A DNA stretch of 64,000 nt from Verrucomicrobiia bacterium (GTDB taxonomy: Bacteria; Acidobacteriota; Polarisedimenticolia; Gp22-AA2), in contig DASRAU010000027.1 of assembly GCA_035638075.1 (NCBI GenBank), positions 41,508-105,507 on the forward strand, read 5' to 3'. The notes under the pieces were generated by a model. That model worked only from the letters and a program-made list of their open reading frames with translations. It was not told the DNA's origin and did no database searches. Made by a program: the position numbers and the translations under genes. Below, piece after piece: positions 40,334-54,842 of the stretch. The number at the start of each line of letters is the position of its first letter. Position 1 is the first letter of the stretch.

Positions 40334-42210
40334 TTCACCTTGACGGAGATGCGGCGGCCGCCGGTCGCGACGAGATCGAGGTCACGGCCGACCTCCAGGA
40401 TCGGGGCCTCCATCATGACGGACGAGTCGGCGCTCAGCCGCGGGTTGTTGAAGACGCTGAAGACCGACAACGGCAGCTCGGGGAGCAGGTCGCTTCGGAC
40501 GATGGCGGACGGGGCCCGCCGCAGCACGCGCAGGAACAGCGTGTGACTCTTGCGCTGGCGACCGACCAGGCGCAGCAGGTCGTCGAGGTCTTTCGCCTGC
40601 GACGCCTGGCGCTCGATGACGCGGCGGTCGAGGTTGTCCATCGCCGACCCGCCGCCGACGAAAATCTGCACGTCGCCCGGAGGCGTGTCCTCCGGCAGCG
40701 TGACGTCGAACGACACGATGCGGTCACGCCCGCGGAACGGGCTGAGGACGGCGCTGACCTTGAACGGCTCGCCCGCCCGCACCTCGCCTTTCGCGGTGTG
40801 CACGGACGTCAGGGTCGCCACCTGCGACGGCGGCAGGATCTCGATCTTGGTCTCGGCCGAGCGGACCACCGCCTCCTCGAACGGGTTGTTGCACAGGAGG
40901 CCGATGAGGCTGCCCACGTCGTTGGCCGCCTGGATGTGCACCGGCTGCGACGGGCTCGTCCCGGAGTAGAGGTCTTCGTAGATCACCTCGGGATGGCCGT
41001 CGAGGACGATCCGCGACTTGAGGGCCACCGTCGCGGCGGCGTCGAACTCGGTGCTGCGCACCAGGCTGTTGGCCGTGGTCATCGCCGCGATCACCGGCGT
41101 CCAGGTGCGGTCGCGCACCACGTCGTACTTGAACTCGCGCTCGCCGCCGGCCGAAGTCACGCGCACCTTCATCGGCAGCACCGCGGCCTTGCGGCCCACT
41201 TCGCCGACGATCGCCGTCAGGCGGTCCTCGGTGATGGCGCCGACCGGGGTGGTCGTGTTGGCCAGCTTGAACGACCCGAGGGTCGACGCCAGGGTCACGA
41301 CGACATCCGCCCGGGTCATCGGCACGTCGATGGGACCCAGGCCCGCCATCGGATGTCCGAAGGCGTAGACCTTGTTGCCGTCCACGTGGGTCAGGGTGCC
41401 GATGGCGGCGAGGCTCAGGTCGCCGCTCGCGAGCTCGGCGCCGATCGCCTCACCCGGCTTGAGAGGCGAAGGATCGGGCGGGGTGTCGGGGGCCGAGCCC
41501 CCGCCGCCGCCCGACGAAGGATGCATACCGAACGCCTGGAAGGCGGGGGCGTAGTGGTCGAGAACGCCCGGGTCGCAACCCGCGCAGACCAGCGGTGTGG
41601 CGATGGGAACGAAGTTGCCGAAGGCACCCGCCGGAATCGCGTCGCTGCCGGCGACTCCCGGGGCCGTGGCGGCGGCGCGATCCGCACTGCCACGCTCGAG
41701 CCAGCCGAGAATCCCGCCTTCGTTGCTGGCGATGCGGGGGCGGACGGAAGCGGTCCCCGCCCGCATCATGTCGGCGATCGGGGTGATGCCCGCGATCGGC
41801 TCCTTGGCGAAGGCGCCGAGGCGATAGGAGATGGCGCCGACGATGCGCCCGTCGACATAGACCGGGCTGCCGCTCATGCCGGCCACGACCCCGGTGAACT
41901 CGACCTTTTCACCGTGGAGACGCGCCAGAATCATGTCCTGCTGGGGACCAATGGCGTTCTTCAGAACGCCGAGAAACTCGACCTCGAAATCCTCGAGCCG
42001 GTTCCCCTCGAAAACGGTCCGCGCCACGCCCCGGAGGCCGGGATGGATGTCGGCGACCGGGAACGGCAGAGGACCGAGGTCCGGCACGACGACAGCCGGA
42101 GGATGGGTCACCTCTGGGGGAGGCTGAACCGGGGAGGCGGCGAAGGCGGCCACCACGACGGCAGAACAGAGGGAGACAGCAGACAACGAAACGACCGTAC
42201 GTAGTTCCAT
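40330..42210 (-). CDS. SpoIVB-type peptidase S55 domain protein
   Basis: The start is taken at the internal ATG (MELRTVVSLSAV..., signal-like). The catalytic-Ser block GVVAGMSGSPVYVDGRIVGAIS is typical of S55. Confidence 0.75.
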   Translation of the reverse strand: MELRTVVSLSAVSLCSAVVVAAFAASPVQPPPEVTHPPAVVVPDLGPLPFPVADIHPGLRGVARTVFEGNRLEDFEVEFLGVLKNAIGPQQDMILARLHGEKVEFTGVVAGMSGSPVYVDGRIVGAISYRLGAFAKEPIAGITPIADMMRAGTASVRPRIASNEGGILGWLERGSADRAAATAPGVAGSDAIPAGAFGNFVPIATPLVCAGCDPGVLDHYAPAFQAFGMHPSSGGGGGSAPDTPPDPSPLKPGEAIGAELASGDLSLAAIGTLTHVDGNKVYAFGHPMAGLGPIDVPMTRADVVVTLASTLGSFKLANTTTPVGAITEDRLTAIVGEVGRKAAVLPMKVRVTSAGGEREFKYDVVRDRTWTPVIAAMTTANSLVRSTEFDAAATVALKSRIVLDGHPEVIYEDLYSGTSPSQPVHIQAANDVGSLIGLLCNNPFEEAVVRSAETKIEILPPSQVATLTSVHTAKGEVRAGEPFKVSAVLSPFRGRDRIVSFDVTLPEDTPPGDVQIFVGGGSAMDNLDRRVIERQASQAKDLDDLLRLVGRQRKSHTLFLRVLRRAPSAIVRSDLLPELPLSVFSVFNNPRLSADSSVMMEAPILEVGRDLDLVATGGRRISVKVK

Positions 42211-42290
42211 CACTTCAGGCATGATACAGCACGGAAATGGCAAAGCCAGTCCAAAGTGAGAATACGGATAAAGAAAGGGAGGTTTTTGTC

Positions 42291-42851
42291 ATGTCGAAGG
42301 CTTTCTACGTAGCCGTCACGCTTTTGTTCCTCGGCGCCGGCTTCGGCGATGGCCTCCAGGCGCAGACCACCGCGCCCCACCCTCCCCCCCAATCCTGGCG
42401 CGACCGCATGTTCTTCGGCGGGGGCATGGGAGTGGGCTTCGGAGACGTCGATTTCGTCTCGATCGAGCCTCTTTTCGGGGTCCATCTCAACAAGCAGTTC
42501 TCGGTCGGTGGCAGCCTCATCTACCGCTGGACCAACGACAATCGCTACGCCGACTCGCTCAATTTCAACGACTACGGGGCCCGCGCCTTCGTTCAGTATT
42601 TTCCCGTGCCCAATTTCTTCGGGCAGCTCGAGTACGAGTACCTCAACTACGAGTACGCCCTGCCGACGCTCGACACCGATCGGAACACTCAAGGGAGCCT
42701 CTTCGTCGGGGGCGGCATCAGCCAGCCGGTGGGAGGCAAGGCCGCCTTCTTCGCATCGGCTCTCTACAACCTGTCCTACGACGACAACGACCCGTTCCGT
42801 CCCTACGACAGCCCGTGGGTGATCCGCGCCGGCGTCGGGGTCGGCTTCTGA
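42291..42851 (+). CDS. Small outer-membrane beta-barrel protein
   Basis: ATG at 42291 is preceded by GGGAGG. A signal peptide is followed by alternating aromatic/hydrophobic beta-strand pattern and a terminal ..GVGVGF, an OMP-like C-terminal Phe. Confidence 0.6.
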   Translation: MSKAFYVAVTLLFLGAGFGDGLQAQTTAPHPPPQSWRDRMFFGGGMGVGFGDVDFVSIEPLFGVHLNKQFSVGGSLIYRWTNDNRYADSLNFNDYGARAFVQYFPVPNFFGQLEYEYLNYEYALPTLDTDRNTQGSLFVGGGISQPVGGKAAFFASALYNLSYDDNDPFRPYDSPWVIRAGVGVGF

Positions 42852-42862
42852 AGGAGTCCCGC

Positions 42863-43510
42863 ATGCCCCGAACGTTCCTGCGCCGCGCGCTGGTTCTCGC
42901 CGCGCTCCTGTCCCCTCTCGCCCTCGGGGCCTGCTCCGAGTCGATGAAGCTGGTCCGCTCCCAGGTCGATCCGGCCTTCGTGCCGGGATCGGTGAAGAGC
43001 GTCTTCGTCGTCGGCGTGTCCACCAACCCCATCATGCGGAAGGAGTACGAGAACACCTTCGTGTCCGCGCTGCAGTCCAAGGACCTCAAGGTCATCCCCG
43101 GGAGCGAACTCATCCCCGACATCAGCCAGGTGGACAAGGACGCGGTGGCGGCGGAGCTGCGGAAGATGGGAGTGACGCACGTCATGGTGACGCGCGTCGT
43201 GGATCGGAAGCAGGTGGAGCAGTACCACCCGCCGACCTACACGACGGTCGGGGTCGGCTACGGCGGCTACCCCGGCTACTACGGCGGCTGGGGCTCGTAC
43301 ATGTCGGTCGGCTACTCGACGATGTCGAGCCCGGGCTACACGACGCTTCATACCGTCGTGAGCGTCGAGTCGAACCTCTACGATCTGGCGACCGAAAAGA
43401 TGGTCTGGACCGGTCTGAGCGAGGGGTACCCGGACGACAACCCGACCGATTCCATCCGCCCCTACATCAACCAGCTCATCTACGACATGAAGGCGAAGAA
43501 GGTCATCTAG
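42863..43510 (+). CDS. Lipoprotein (DUF4136-like)
   Basis: ATG at 42863 is preceded by AAGGAG. It has the lipobox LALGAC and a Gly/Tyr-rich internal segment. Confidence 0.6.
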   Translation: MPRTFLRRALVLAALLSPLALGACSESMKLVRSQVDPAFVPGSVKSVFVVGVSTNPIMRKEYENTFVSALQSKDLKVIPGSELIPDISQVDKDAVAAELRKMGVTHVMVTRVVDRKQVEQYHPPTYTTVGVGYGGYPGYYGGWGSYMSVGYSTMSSPGYTTLHTVVSVESNLYDLATEKMVWTGLSEGYPDDNPTDSIRPYINQLIYDMKAKKVI

Positions 43511-43531
43511 CGCGCCCGCCGCGGCGCGGCT

Positions 43532-44077
43532 TCAGGACTCTGGATTCCGCTTCAGCGCCAGCTTGATTGCCTCGACGATGAAGTTCTGCATCGACGGCGG
43601 CTGGTGGCGGACGGCGGCGTAGACGAGGCTCGGCAGCTTCAGCGAGATCTGCACCCCTTCTTCTCGCAGGCCGTCGAGCCAGGCCGCGAATTCGTCCCAG
43701 GACCCCCACGTCATCTTCTCGATCGCCCCGCGCGAGTACAGCTCGATCTGGGTGATCTCGTCGCGCAGCTTGAAGAGGACGTCGTGCGCGCTGTGCTCCT
43801 TGAAGTCGGAGTAGGCGAAAAACTTCACCTCGCCCGCGGTCTGGCTCTTTCCCTTGATGCTGATCTCCGGCTCTTTGTTGCAGCGCAGCATGATGTAGTC
43901 GTCGCGCCCGCGGAAATGGAAGCCGAGGATGGGATCGGTGGTGCGGTCAGTGTCGGCGGGGGTCTTGAGGGCCCGGTAGACGCGGCGCGCGATGCGCTCG
44001 TTCGTGCTATACGCTCCGCCGCTCTTCGCTAGGCGCTTCGCCACCAAGCGACTATAGCACGGCGCTCGTCCGGCCAT
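43532..44077 (-). CDS. Hypothetical protein with a possible C-terminal ribbon-helix-helix-like tail
   Basis: ATG at 44077 (MAGRAPCY) is preferred over 44176, which would overlap the divergent gene. Codon bias is coding-like. The tail ISLKLPSLVYAAV....SMQNFIVEAIKLALK resembles Arc/HicB-type RHH segments, a weak match. Confidence 0.45.
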   Translation of the reverse strand: MAGRAPCYSRLVAKRLAKSGGAYSTNERIARRVYRALKTPADTDRTTDPILGFHFRGRDDYIMLRCNKEPEISIKGKSQTAGEVKFFAYSDFKEHSAHDVLFKLRDEITQIELYSRGAIEKMTWGSWDEFAAWLDGLREEGVQISLKLPSLVYAAVRHQPPSMQNFIVEAIKLALKRNPES

Positions 44078-44145
44078 GGATCTTTCGAGCGTCGCGGAAC
44101 GAATCTCCCTTGAGCGGACCGTGCTTTCGGCGTACCTGAACGCCC

Positions 44146-44850
44146 ATGCCGGTCGCCGGAAAGCCGCGCCAGTCAAGGCTTCTACGCCTGTACGCGGCCG
44201 CCATCGCCGCGGCGATCCTGGCGCCGGTTGTTCGTGCCGACGACACCGTTCCGGCCGACAGCACCATTCGGCCCGAAGGCACCGTCTGCGCCGCCAGCAC
44301 CGACCCGGCGGAAAGCCTGCTGGCCTCCCTGCATCCGGACTACCGGCAGTTCATCTCGTCGATCCGTCCGCTCGCCGAGGGCGAAGGGACGCGCGCGTCG
44401 GTGTACATGGTGCTGGTCCGGCCGGGCGCATCCGATGCCACGTCGCGCACCAGCGCGCCGCTCGCCGGCCAGGGAGCCCGCAACGACATCCTCTATGACC
44501 CCGGCGTCCTGCACTCCGACCGCAGCATGGCCTGGAGGCAGCTGCTGCTCGATCACGAATACTTCCACGCACGGCACCTGGCCGGCTCGACGTCGGTGCC
44601 GCTGCCGTCGCGGGCGGGGGCGGGCTTCGAACGCCACTATTTCGAGGCGGCGGCGTGGGGCTGGAGCGTGGCGCAGGCGCGCGCCGGACGCTACCCGGGG
44701 CTGCGCGAAGCGGAGTTCCGCGAAGCGCTCGATCGGCTGGGAGACCACCTGCGCGCCATGCGCCCGGCGGGAAGCTACGCCGCGGTCACGATGCCGACTT
44801 CGTCACTTCTGCCAGCAGCTGCCGCGCCTCTCGCTGCTGCGGGTCGATGA
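44146..44850 (+). CDS. Secreted hypothetical protein with an HExxH motif
   Basis: It has a signal-like N-terminus (LLRLYAAAIAAAILAPVVRA) and HEYFH at nt 44554-44568. Its last roughly 21 codons overlap the convergent gene 44786..47692. Confidence 0.45.
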   Translation: MPVAGKPRQSRLLRLYAAAIAAAILAPVVRADDTVPADSTIRPEGTVCAASTDPAESLLASLHPDYRQFISSIRPLAEGEGTRASVYMVLVRPGASDATSRTSAPLAGQGARNDILYDPGVLHSDRSMAWRQLLLDHEYFHARHLAGSTSVPLPSRAGAGFERHYFEAAAWGWSVAQARAGRYPGLREAEFREALDRLGDHLRAMRPAGSYAAVTMPTSSLLPAAAAPLAAAGR

Positions 44851-47692
44851 CCAGCGACTCTTTCAGGTATTCGACCCCCTTCGCCTTCTGGCCATCCTGC
44901 AGGTAGGAGAGCGCCAGGGCGTTGTAGAGCGTCGTCGTCTTATACCCCTTGCTGCGCGCGGTCTCGAGGGCGGCAATTGCTTCTTTCGGATGCTGCAGTC
45001 TTCCCTGCGCGGCGCCGAGGTTCACCCAGGCCTCGAGGTTGGAGTCGTCCTTGGCGACGGCCTTCTTGAGGATCGCCACCGCCTCCTCGAGCCGGTTGGA
45101 CCGCCCGTACATCGCCCCCAGGTTCGCCATGGTCGCGGCGTAGTCGGGGTCGAGCTCCATGGCGCGGCGGAACTCCCGCTCGGCGCCCGGGAGATCCCGG
45201 TTCCACTCGAGGATGAGTCCCATCCAGTTGTGATGCACGACCGACTGCTCGTTGAGCGCCAGGCCCTTGCGGACGATGCCTTCGAGGGTCGGGATCTTGG
45301 CCGTGTTCTGGTAGAGCGTATGCAGCTCGGTGAGCGGATCGCCCAGGCTCGGGTCGAGCTGCAGTGACGCAAGCAGCTCGCGCTCGGCCGCGACCTTGTC
45401 GCCCGACTTGAGGAGCAGCGCCCCGAGCGCCGCGCGCGCCTCCGCGAAATCGGGGTGGGCGGCGACCTGGCCCCGGAGGAACTGCAGCCCCTCGTCCATG
45501 CGCCCGGCCTCGCCGTAGAGCCGCGCGAGCTGCGTGTAGGTCAGCCGCTCCCCCGCCGCGTCGATCTCGAGCACGCGCTTTGCGGCCGCGATCGCCGTCG
45601 CGTAGTCCTTCCTCTCGCGGGCGATCTGCGCTTTGAGCAGGAGCGCCGGGACGAAGTCGGGCGACAGCTTGAGCGCCTCGGCCACCGACGCCTCGGCGCG
45701 GGCGTAGTCCTTGGCCTTGAGCCGCAGCGTCGCTTCGTTCACGTGCGCCGTGATCAGCGCCTCGCCGCCGAGGGTCGTCGCTCCCGGAGAGCCGGCGCCT
45801 GCGCCGCCGCCCGCCCCGGCGCCCGCGCCCGGGGGCGCTCCCGTCGCTCCCCCCTCTTCCCCGCCCGAGATGTAACCGAGGGAGCGGAGCTTCTCCATCA
45901 TCTCTTTCTCGACCTCGCCCTGGGCCGCGCCGCCCGCCACGAGCGTGCCCGTCTGCAACGGGCGGCCGACAGGCTCGTAGCTCGGAATCGTCTGGCGCGG
46001 GAAGCGGGCGAGGAACTCGGGTGCGATCGCCTCCTCGACGACGCGTCCCGGCATGTCCTCGCCTTTCGGGAGTCCCAGCAGGTAGAGCGCGGTCGGCGCG
46101 ATGTCGAGGAGCGACGTCGTGTCGAGCGCGCCCGCCTTCACCTCCGGCCCCGCCAACAGGAAGATGCCGTAGCGCCGGTGCCAGAGCCCCGGCTTCCCCT
46201 CGACGTAGGGCGGCTCGTTGGCCGGCCGCCCGGTGCCGTTCCGGAAGCCGTGGTCCGACATCACGATGACGACGGTGCGCTTGTCGAGCTGCTTCAAGAC
46301 CTGCCCGAGCAGCTCGTCCTGGTAGGCGTAGTAGGCCTCGACCGTCCCGCGGTAGCGCTGGAAGTCCTCCGCCGAGACCATCCCCATCTTCGGGGGCATG
46401 AAGTGCTGGTAGCGATGCCCGACCTCGTCGATGCCCTGGTAGTAGATGGAAAACAGGTCGGGCTGCCCATGCGCCAGCAGGTCGAGCGCGGCGGCGTGGT
46501 ACGAGCGCGCCCCGGCGACGATGCCCGCGAGCCGGCGGAACTCATCCGGCGTCGCGTCTGCGAAGCGGCGCAGGTCGCGGTCCGGGATGTCCTCCGCCTT
46601 CACGAGCCGCGGCTGCAGCTTCGCGAAGTAATCGGTCGGCCAGGTGGCGCCGCCCGCATCCTTGAGCTCCGGCGCGAACGAGAAGGTGCTGTAGGCGACG
46701 CGGTCGGAGACCATCGTTCCTTCGATCTGCTCCGCGGGCCAGGTGGCCCACCAGCCGATGAAATCCGAGGTGCGGCCGACATCCCCGAGGATGTTCCAGA
46801 GCGCTTTCACTCTGCGGGCCCGGCTCGACACCGGGGTCGGCTTGCCGGTCGCGGCGTCGCGCACGAGGAAGTCGATGACCCCGTGCTGGTCCGGCGGCTT
46901 GCCGGTGGCGGCGGTGGTCCAAAGGATGGGCGAGAGCATCGGGTCCATCGACTTCATCGGCCCGTACGCGGCGCGCGCCTTGAGCGCGGCGAGATTCGGC
47001 ATCCGTCCGGCCTTGATGAGCGGGTCGAGGATTTCCCAGTCGGCGCCGTCGAGCCCGAGGATCGCCACCTTGAGCCCCGTCTGCGCCGCGCGCCGGCGGA
47101 CCGCCTCGGCAGAGAGTTTCGCCTGCAACTCGGCCGAGCCGCCGCCGTTGCCGAGGCGCACCGCCACCGGGTCGAAGCCTTCCGCCTGGAGACTCTTGCG
47201 GATCGACTCCTCGGCGTTCGAGCGTCCTTCGCCCAGCGCGATCGCTTCGCCCGAGAGACCGCGCGCCCACGACTCGACGGCCGAGACGGCCGCGCCGCGG
47301 ATCTTCTCTTCGAGGTCGGGGGTCGTTCGGACCGAGCCGAGCACGCGCCCCGCCGCAGCATCTGGAATGCCGGCGCTCACCTCGTAGGTCGCGGCGAGCG
47401 AAGCCCCTTCGCTGGAATGCAGCGACACTTCGCCATGCACGACCAGAGGACCCGAGCCGAGGCGGATGGTCCGGCTCGAAAACGGCAGGTGGAAGTGAGT
47501 GCCGGGGGCGAGTGGGGTGGCCTGGCCGCCGCTCAGGCGGTAGGCCCGCTCGCCCGGCGCGACCCGCTCGAAGCCGAAGGCAAGCACGAGTGCGGCCACC
47601 ACGGCGAGCGCGGCCGCGGCCGGAAGCCATGCCGGGACGGCCGACCGCCCTGTCCGCTTCGGCGGCGGGGCCCCTTTTCCACGCTGGCTCAC
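44786..47692 (-). CDS. Membrane-anchored fusion protein: SPFH/band-7-like segment, alkaline-phosphatase-superfamily (type I phosphodiesterase/nucleotide pyrophosphatase) domain and C-terminal TPR repeats
   Basis: 968 aa with an N-terminal TM segment. AP-superfamily motifs are LGLDGADW, SPILWTTAATG, IDEVGHRY and VIVMSDHG. There are at least 8 TPR-like repeats at the C-terminus. Confidence 0.75.
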   Translation of the reverse strand: MSQRGKGAPPPKRTGRSAVPAWLPAAAALAVVAALVLAFGFERVAPGERAYRLSGGQATPLAPGTHFHLPFSSRTIRLGSGPLVVHGEVSLHSSEGASLAATYEVSAGIPDAAAGRVLGSVRTTPDLEEKIRGAAVSAVESWARGLSGEAIALGEGRSNAEESIRKSLQAEGFDPVAVRLGNGGGSAELQAKLSAEAVRRRAAQTGLKVAILGLDGADWEILDPLIKAGRMPNLAALKARAAYGPMKSMDPMLSPILWTTAATGKPPDQHGVIDFLVRDAATGKPTPVSSRARRVKALWNILGDVGRTSDFIGWWATWPAEQIEGTMVSDRVAYSTFSFAPELKDAGGATWPTDYFAKLQPRLVKAEDIPDRDLRRFADATPDEFRRLAGIVAGARSYHAAALDLLAHGQPDLFSIYYQGIDEVGHRYQHFMPPKMGMVSAEDFQRYRGTVEAYYAYQDELLGQVLKQLDKRTVVIVMSDHGFRNGTGRPANEPPYVEGKPGLWHRRYGIFLLAGPEVKAGALDTTSLLDIAPTALYLLGLPKGEDMPGRVVEEAIAPEFLARFPRQTIPSYEPVGRPLQTGTLVAGGAAQGEVEKEMMEKLRSLGYISGGEEGGATGAPPGAGAGAGGGAGAGSPGATTLGGEALITAHVNEATLRLKAKDYARAEASVAEALKLSPDFVPALLLKAQIARERKDYATAIAAAKRVLEIDAAGERLTYTQLARLYGEAGRMDEGLQFLRGQVAAHPDFAEARAALGALLLKSGDKVAAERELLASLQLDPSLGDPLTELHTLYQNTAKIPTLEGIVRKGLALNEQSVVHHNWMGLILEWNRDLPGAEREFRRAMELDPDYAATMANLGAMYGRSNRLEEAVAILKKAVAKDDSNLEAWVNLGAAQGRLQHPKEAIAALETARSKGYKTTTLYNALALSYLQDGQKAKGVEYLKESLVIDPQQREARQLLAEVTKSAS

Positions 47693-47832
47693 CTGGCTCG
47701 AACGCTCCGGAAGGTCAGACCGACGATGCTAGGGGCCATGCCCGCGATTGGCAAGACCCGCCACGGGAGAGCCGGGAGTGGGTCCGGAGGAGAGGGACGG
47801 CGGGAAAAGCTGCCCCCGACTACGAGAATGAT

Positions 47833-48936
47833 ATGGACGCCCCGGCGGCTTCGACCGATCTTTCCGGCTGCGGAGCCCCCGAGCCCATGCCCATGACCCC
47901 GGACCACCTGTCCTCCTTCGTCCTGACCTCGGGAATCCTGGCCTGCTCGACGCTCGTCGTCTGGATGTCCGCCTCGGCCCTGCGCCGCCTTGGGCGCGCG
48001 TCGATTCGCCCGGGGTCACTGGACGGAAACGCGCCGGAAGGCCGACGCCCGGTGGCGACCGCGACCCCCGCGCCCGAGTTGGACCGCTTCGTCCGGCTGG
48101 TCGAAGGGCTGGCCGCCGCTGGACCCGATGCAGAACACGGACAGGCCGCGCCGGAAGCGACCCGCGACCTGGCGGTGGACATTCTCGAGCGGCTGGGCGG
48201 CTCACCGCAGGAAGTCGAAGCATTGCGAGACCGGCTGGATCGGGAAGCCTCACGCCCGGACGCCCCTCGTCCGCCGCGCGCCCTGGTCGAGCGGCTGCGT
48301 CTGGTATTTCGGCCCGCGGCCAGTCTCGGCAATCCCGCCGCCGTCCAATCTTCCGCCGGCCGTACCGCCGCAAGCACTCCCTCCGCCGGCGCTTCTGTGG
48401 CCGCCGAGAGTGCGCCCGACGGCTCGACCGAAAACCGGCTGCTGTTCGTGAGCTTCGAGCAGGAAATCCGCACGGCCGAGCGCCGCAAGGCGCCGCTCAC
48501 CCTTCTCGACCTGCGGGTCGAAGGGTTCGACGCGTTCGAAGAGCGCTTCGGCCGCGCCGCCACCGACCGCATCCTGCGCGGCGTGGCGCGCGCCGTCCGC
48601 AGCCAGCTCCGCCCCGACGACAAGCTCGTCCGCGACGCCGGCGGCGCCTTCCTCGTCATCGTCCCCGGGCTCGCGGCCGAGGGCGTCCGCGCGCTCGCGG
48701 CGCGCATCGAGTCGGCGATCGCCCGGCACAAGTTCGCCCTCGAGCGCGGCCGCACCGCCGTGGTCGAGGCGAGCGTGTGCGCCGCCACCTACCCGCAGGA
48801 CGGCCGCTCGTACGACGCGCTCCTGACCGTGGTGCGGACCCGCCGGGCACTCGCACCCAAGGGGCGCGTCGTCCCCGGCCCGTCCTCCGGTCCCTGGCGC
48901 CCCTACCCGCACCGCATCGACGCCCCGGTCAACTAG
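47833..48936 (+). CDS. Membrane-anchored protein with a degenerate GGDEF domain
   Basis: ATG at 47833; the alternatives 47887 and 47893 are possible. One TM segment is present. The C-terminal GGDEF fold has ..RDAGGAFLVIV.. in place of R.GG(D/E)EF and DLRVEGFDAF in place of the DLDHFK metal site. Confidence 0.6.
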   Translation: MDAPAASTDLSGCGAPEPMPMTPDHLSSFVLTSGILACSTLVVWMSASALRRLGRASIRPGSLDGNAPEGRRPVATATPAPELDRFVRLVEGLAAAGPDAEHGQAAPEATRDLAVDILERLGGSPQEVEALRDRLDREASRPDAPRPPRALVERLRLVFRPAASLGNPAAVQSSAGRTAASTPSAGASVAAESAPDGSTENRLLFVSFEQEIRTAERRKAPLTLLDLRVEGFDAFEERFGRAATDRILRGVARAVRSQLRPDDKLVRDAGGAFLVIVPGLAAEGVRALAARIESAIARHKFALERGRTAVVEASVCAATYPQDGRSYDALLTVVRTRRALAPKGRVVPGPSSGPWRPYPHRIDAPVN

Positions 48937-49062
48937 TCGCTCGGCTGCCGCCTCGCTTGTGAGCGCCCGCCGGCGGCTGCGCGGCCGACCGTCAGGAAAA
49001 CGTCGCCCCTTCTGCCCCTTGCGGCACCCCCGGAACGGGTGTAGTTTCCAGCCAAATTTCTG

Positions 49063-54531
<5,469 letters not shown>

Positions 54532-54629
54532 GCAGGTCCTCTGACGGGTAGCGCCCGACAGTCTCACCAAGTCGTTCTTCCGAGTGCCTCCTAAGCAATT
54601 GCAATAACGCTACTTGCCGCGATTTTTCC

Positions 54630-54649
54630 GAGACTCGCAACCAAGTCTC
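54630..54649. promoter_or_regulatory. Inverted repeat GAGACT-N8-AGTCTC, a candidate upstream activator site
   Basis: A perfect 6-bp inverted repeat lies about 200 bp upstream of the -24/-12 element. Related AGTCTCA / CAAGTC(G/T) words recur at about 54561-54575, 54641-54650, 54711-54737 and 54787-54794. Confidence 0.3.
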
Positions 54650-54826
54650 ACGATTCAGTCTACTAAGTCTAGTTTTAACAATGAGTTAATTAACCTTCCC
54701 ATCAGGACACAGTCTCATCTCAAGCCTCCAAGTCGGGAGCCTGGGCTCCGGAGCAATCCGCACCGCCAAATATAAGTCGTTTAAATCAAGTCGGTTGAGT
54801 AGCGAACGTACCATCCATTACGGAGT

Positions 54827-54842
54827 TGGTATCGGGGTTGCT
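54827..54842 (+). promoter_or_regulatory. Candidate sigma-54 (-24/-12) promoter TGGTATCGGGGTTGCT
   Basis: It matches TGGCAC-N5-TTGCW with exact GG/GC spacing (GG at positions 2-3, GC at 14-15). It lies about 50 nt upstream of the MKK start of the first peptide gene and directly downstream of a sigma-54 activator gene. Confidence 0.5.
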
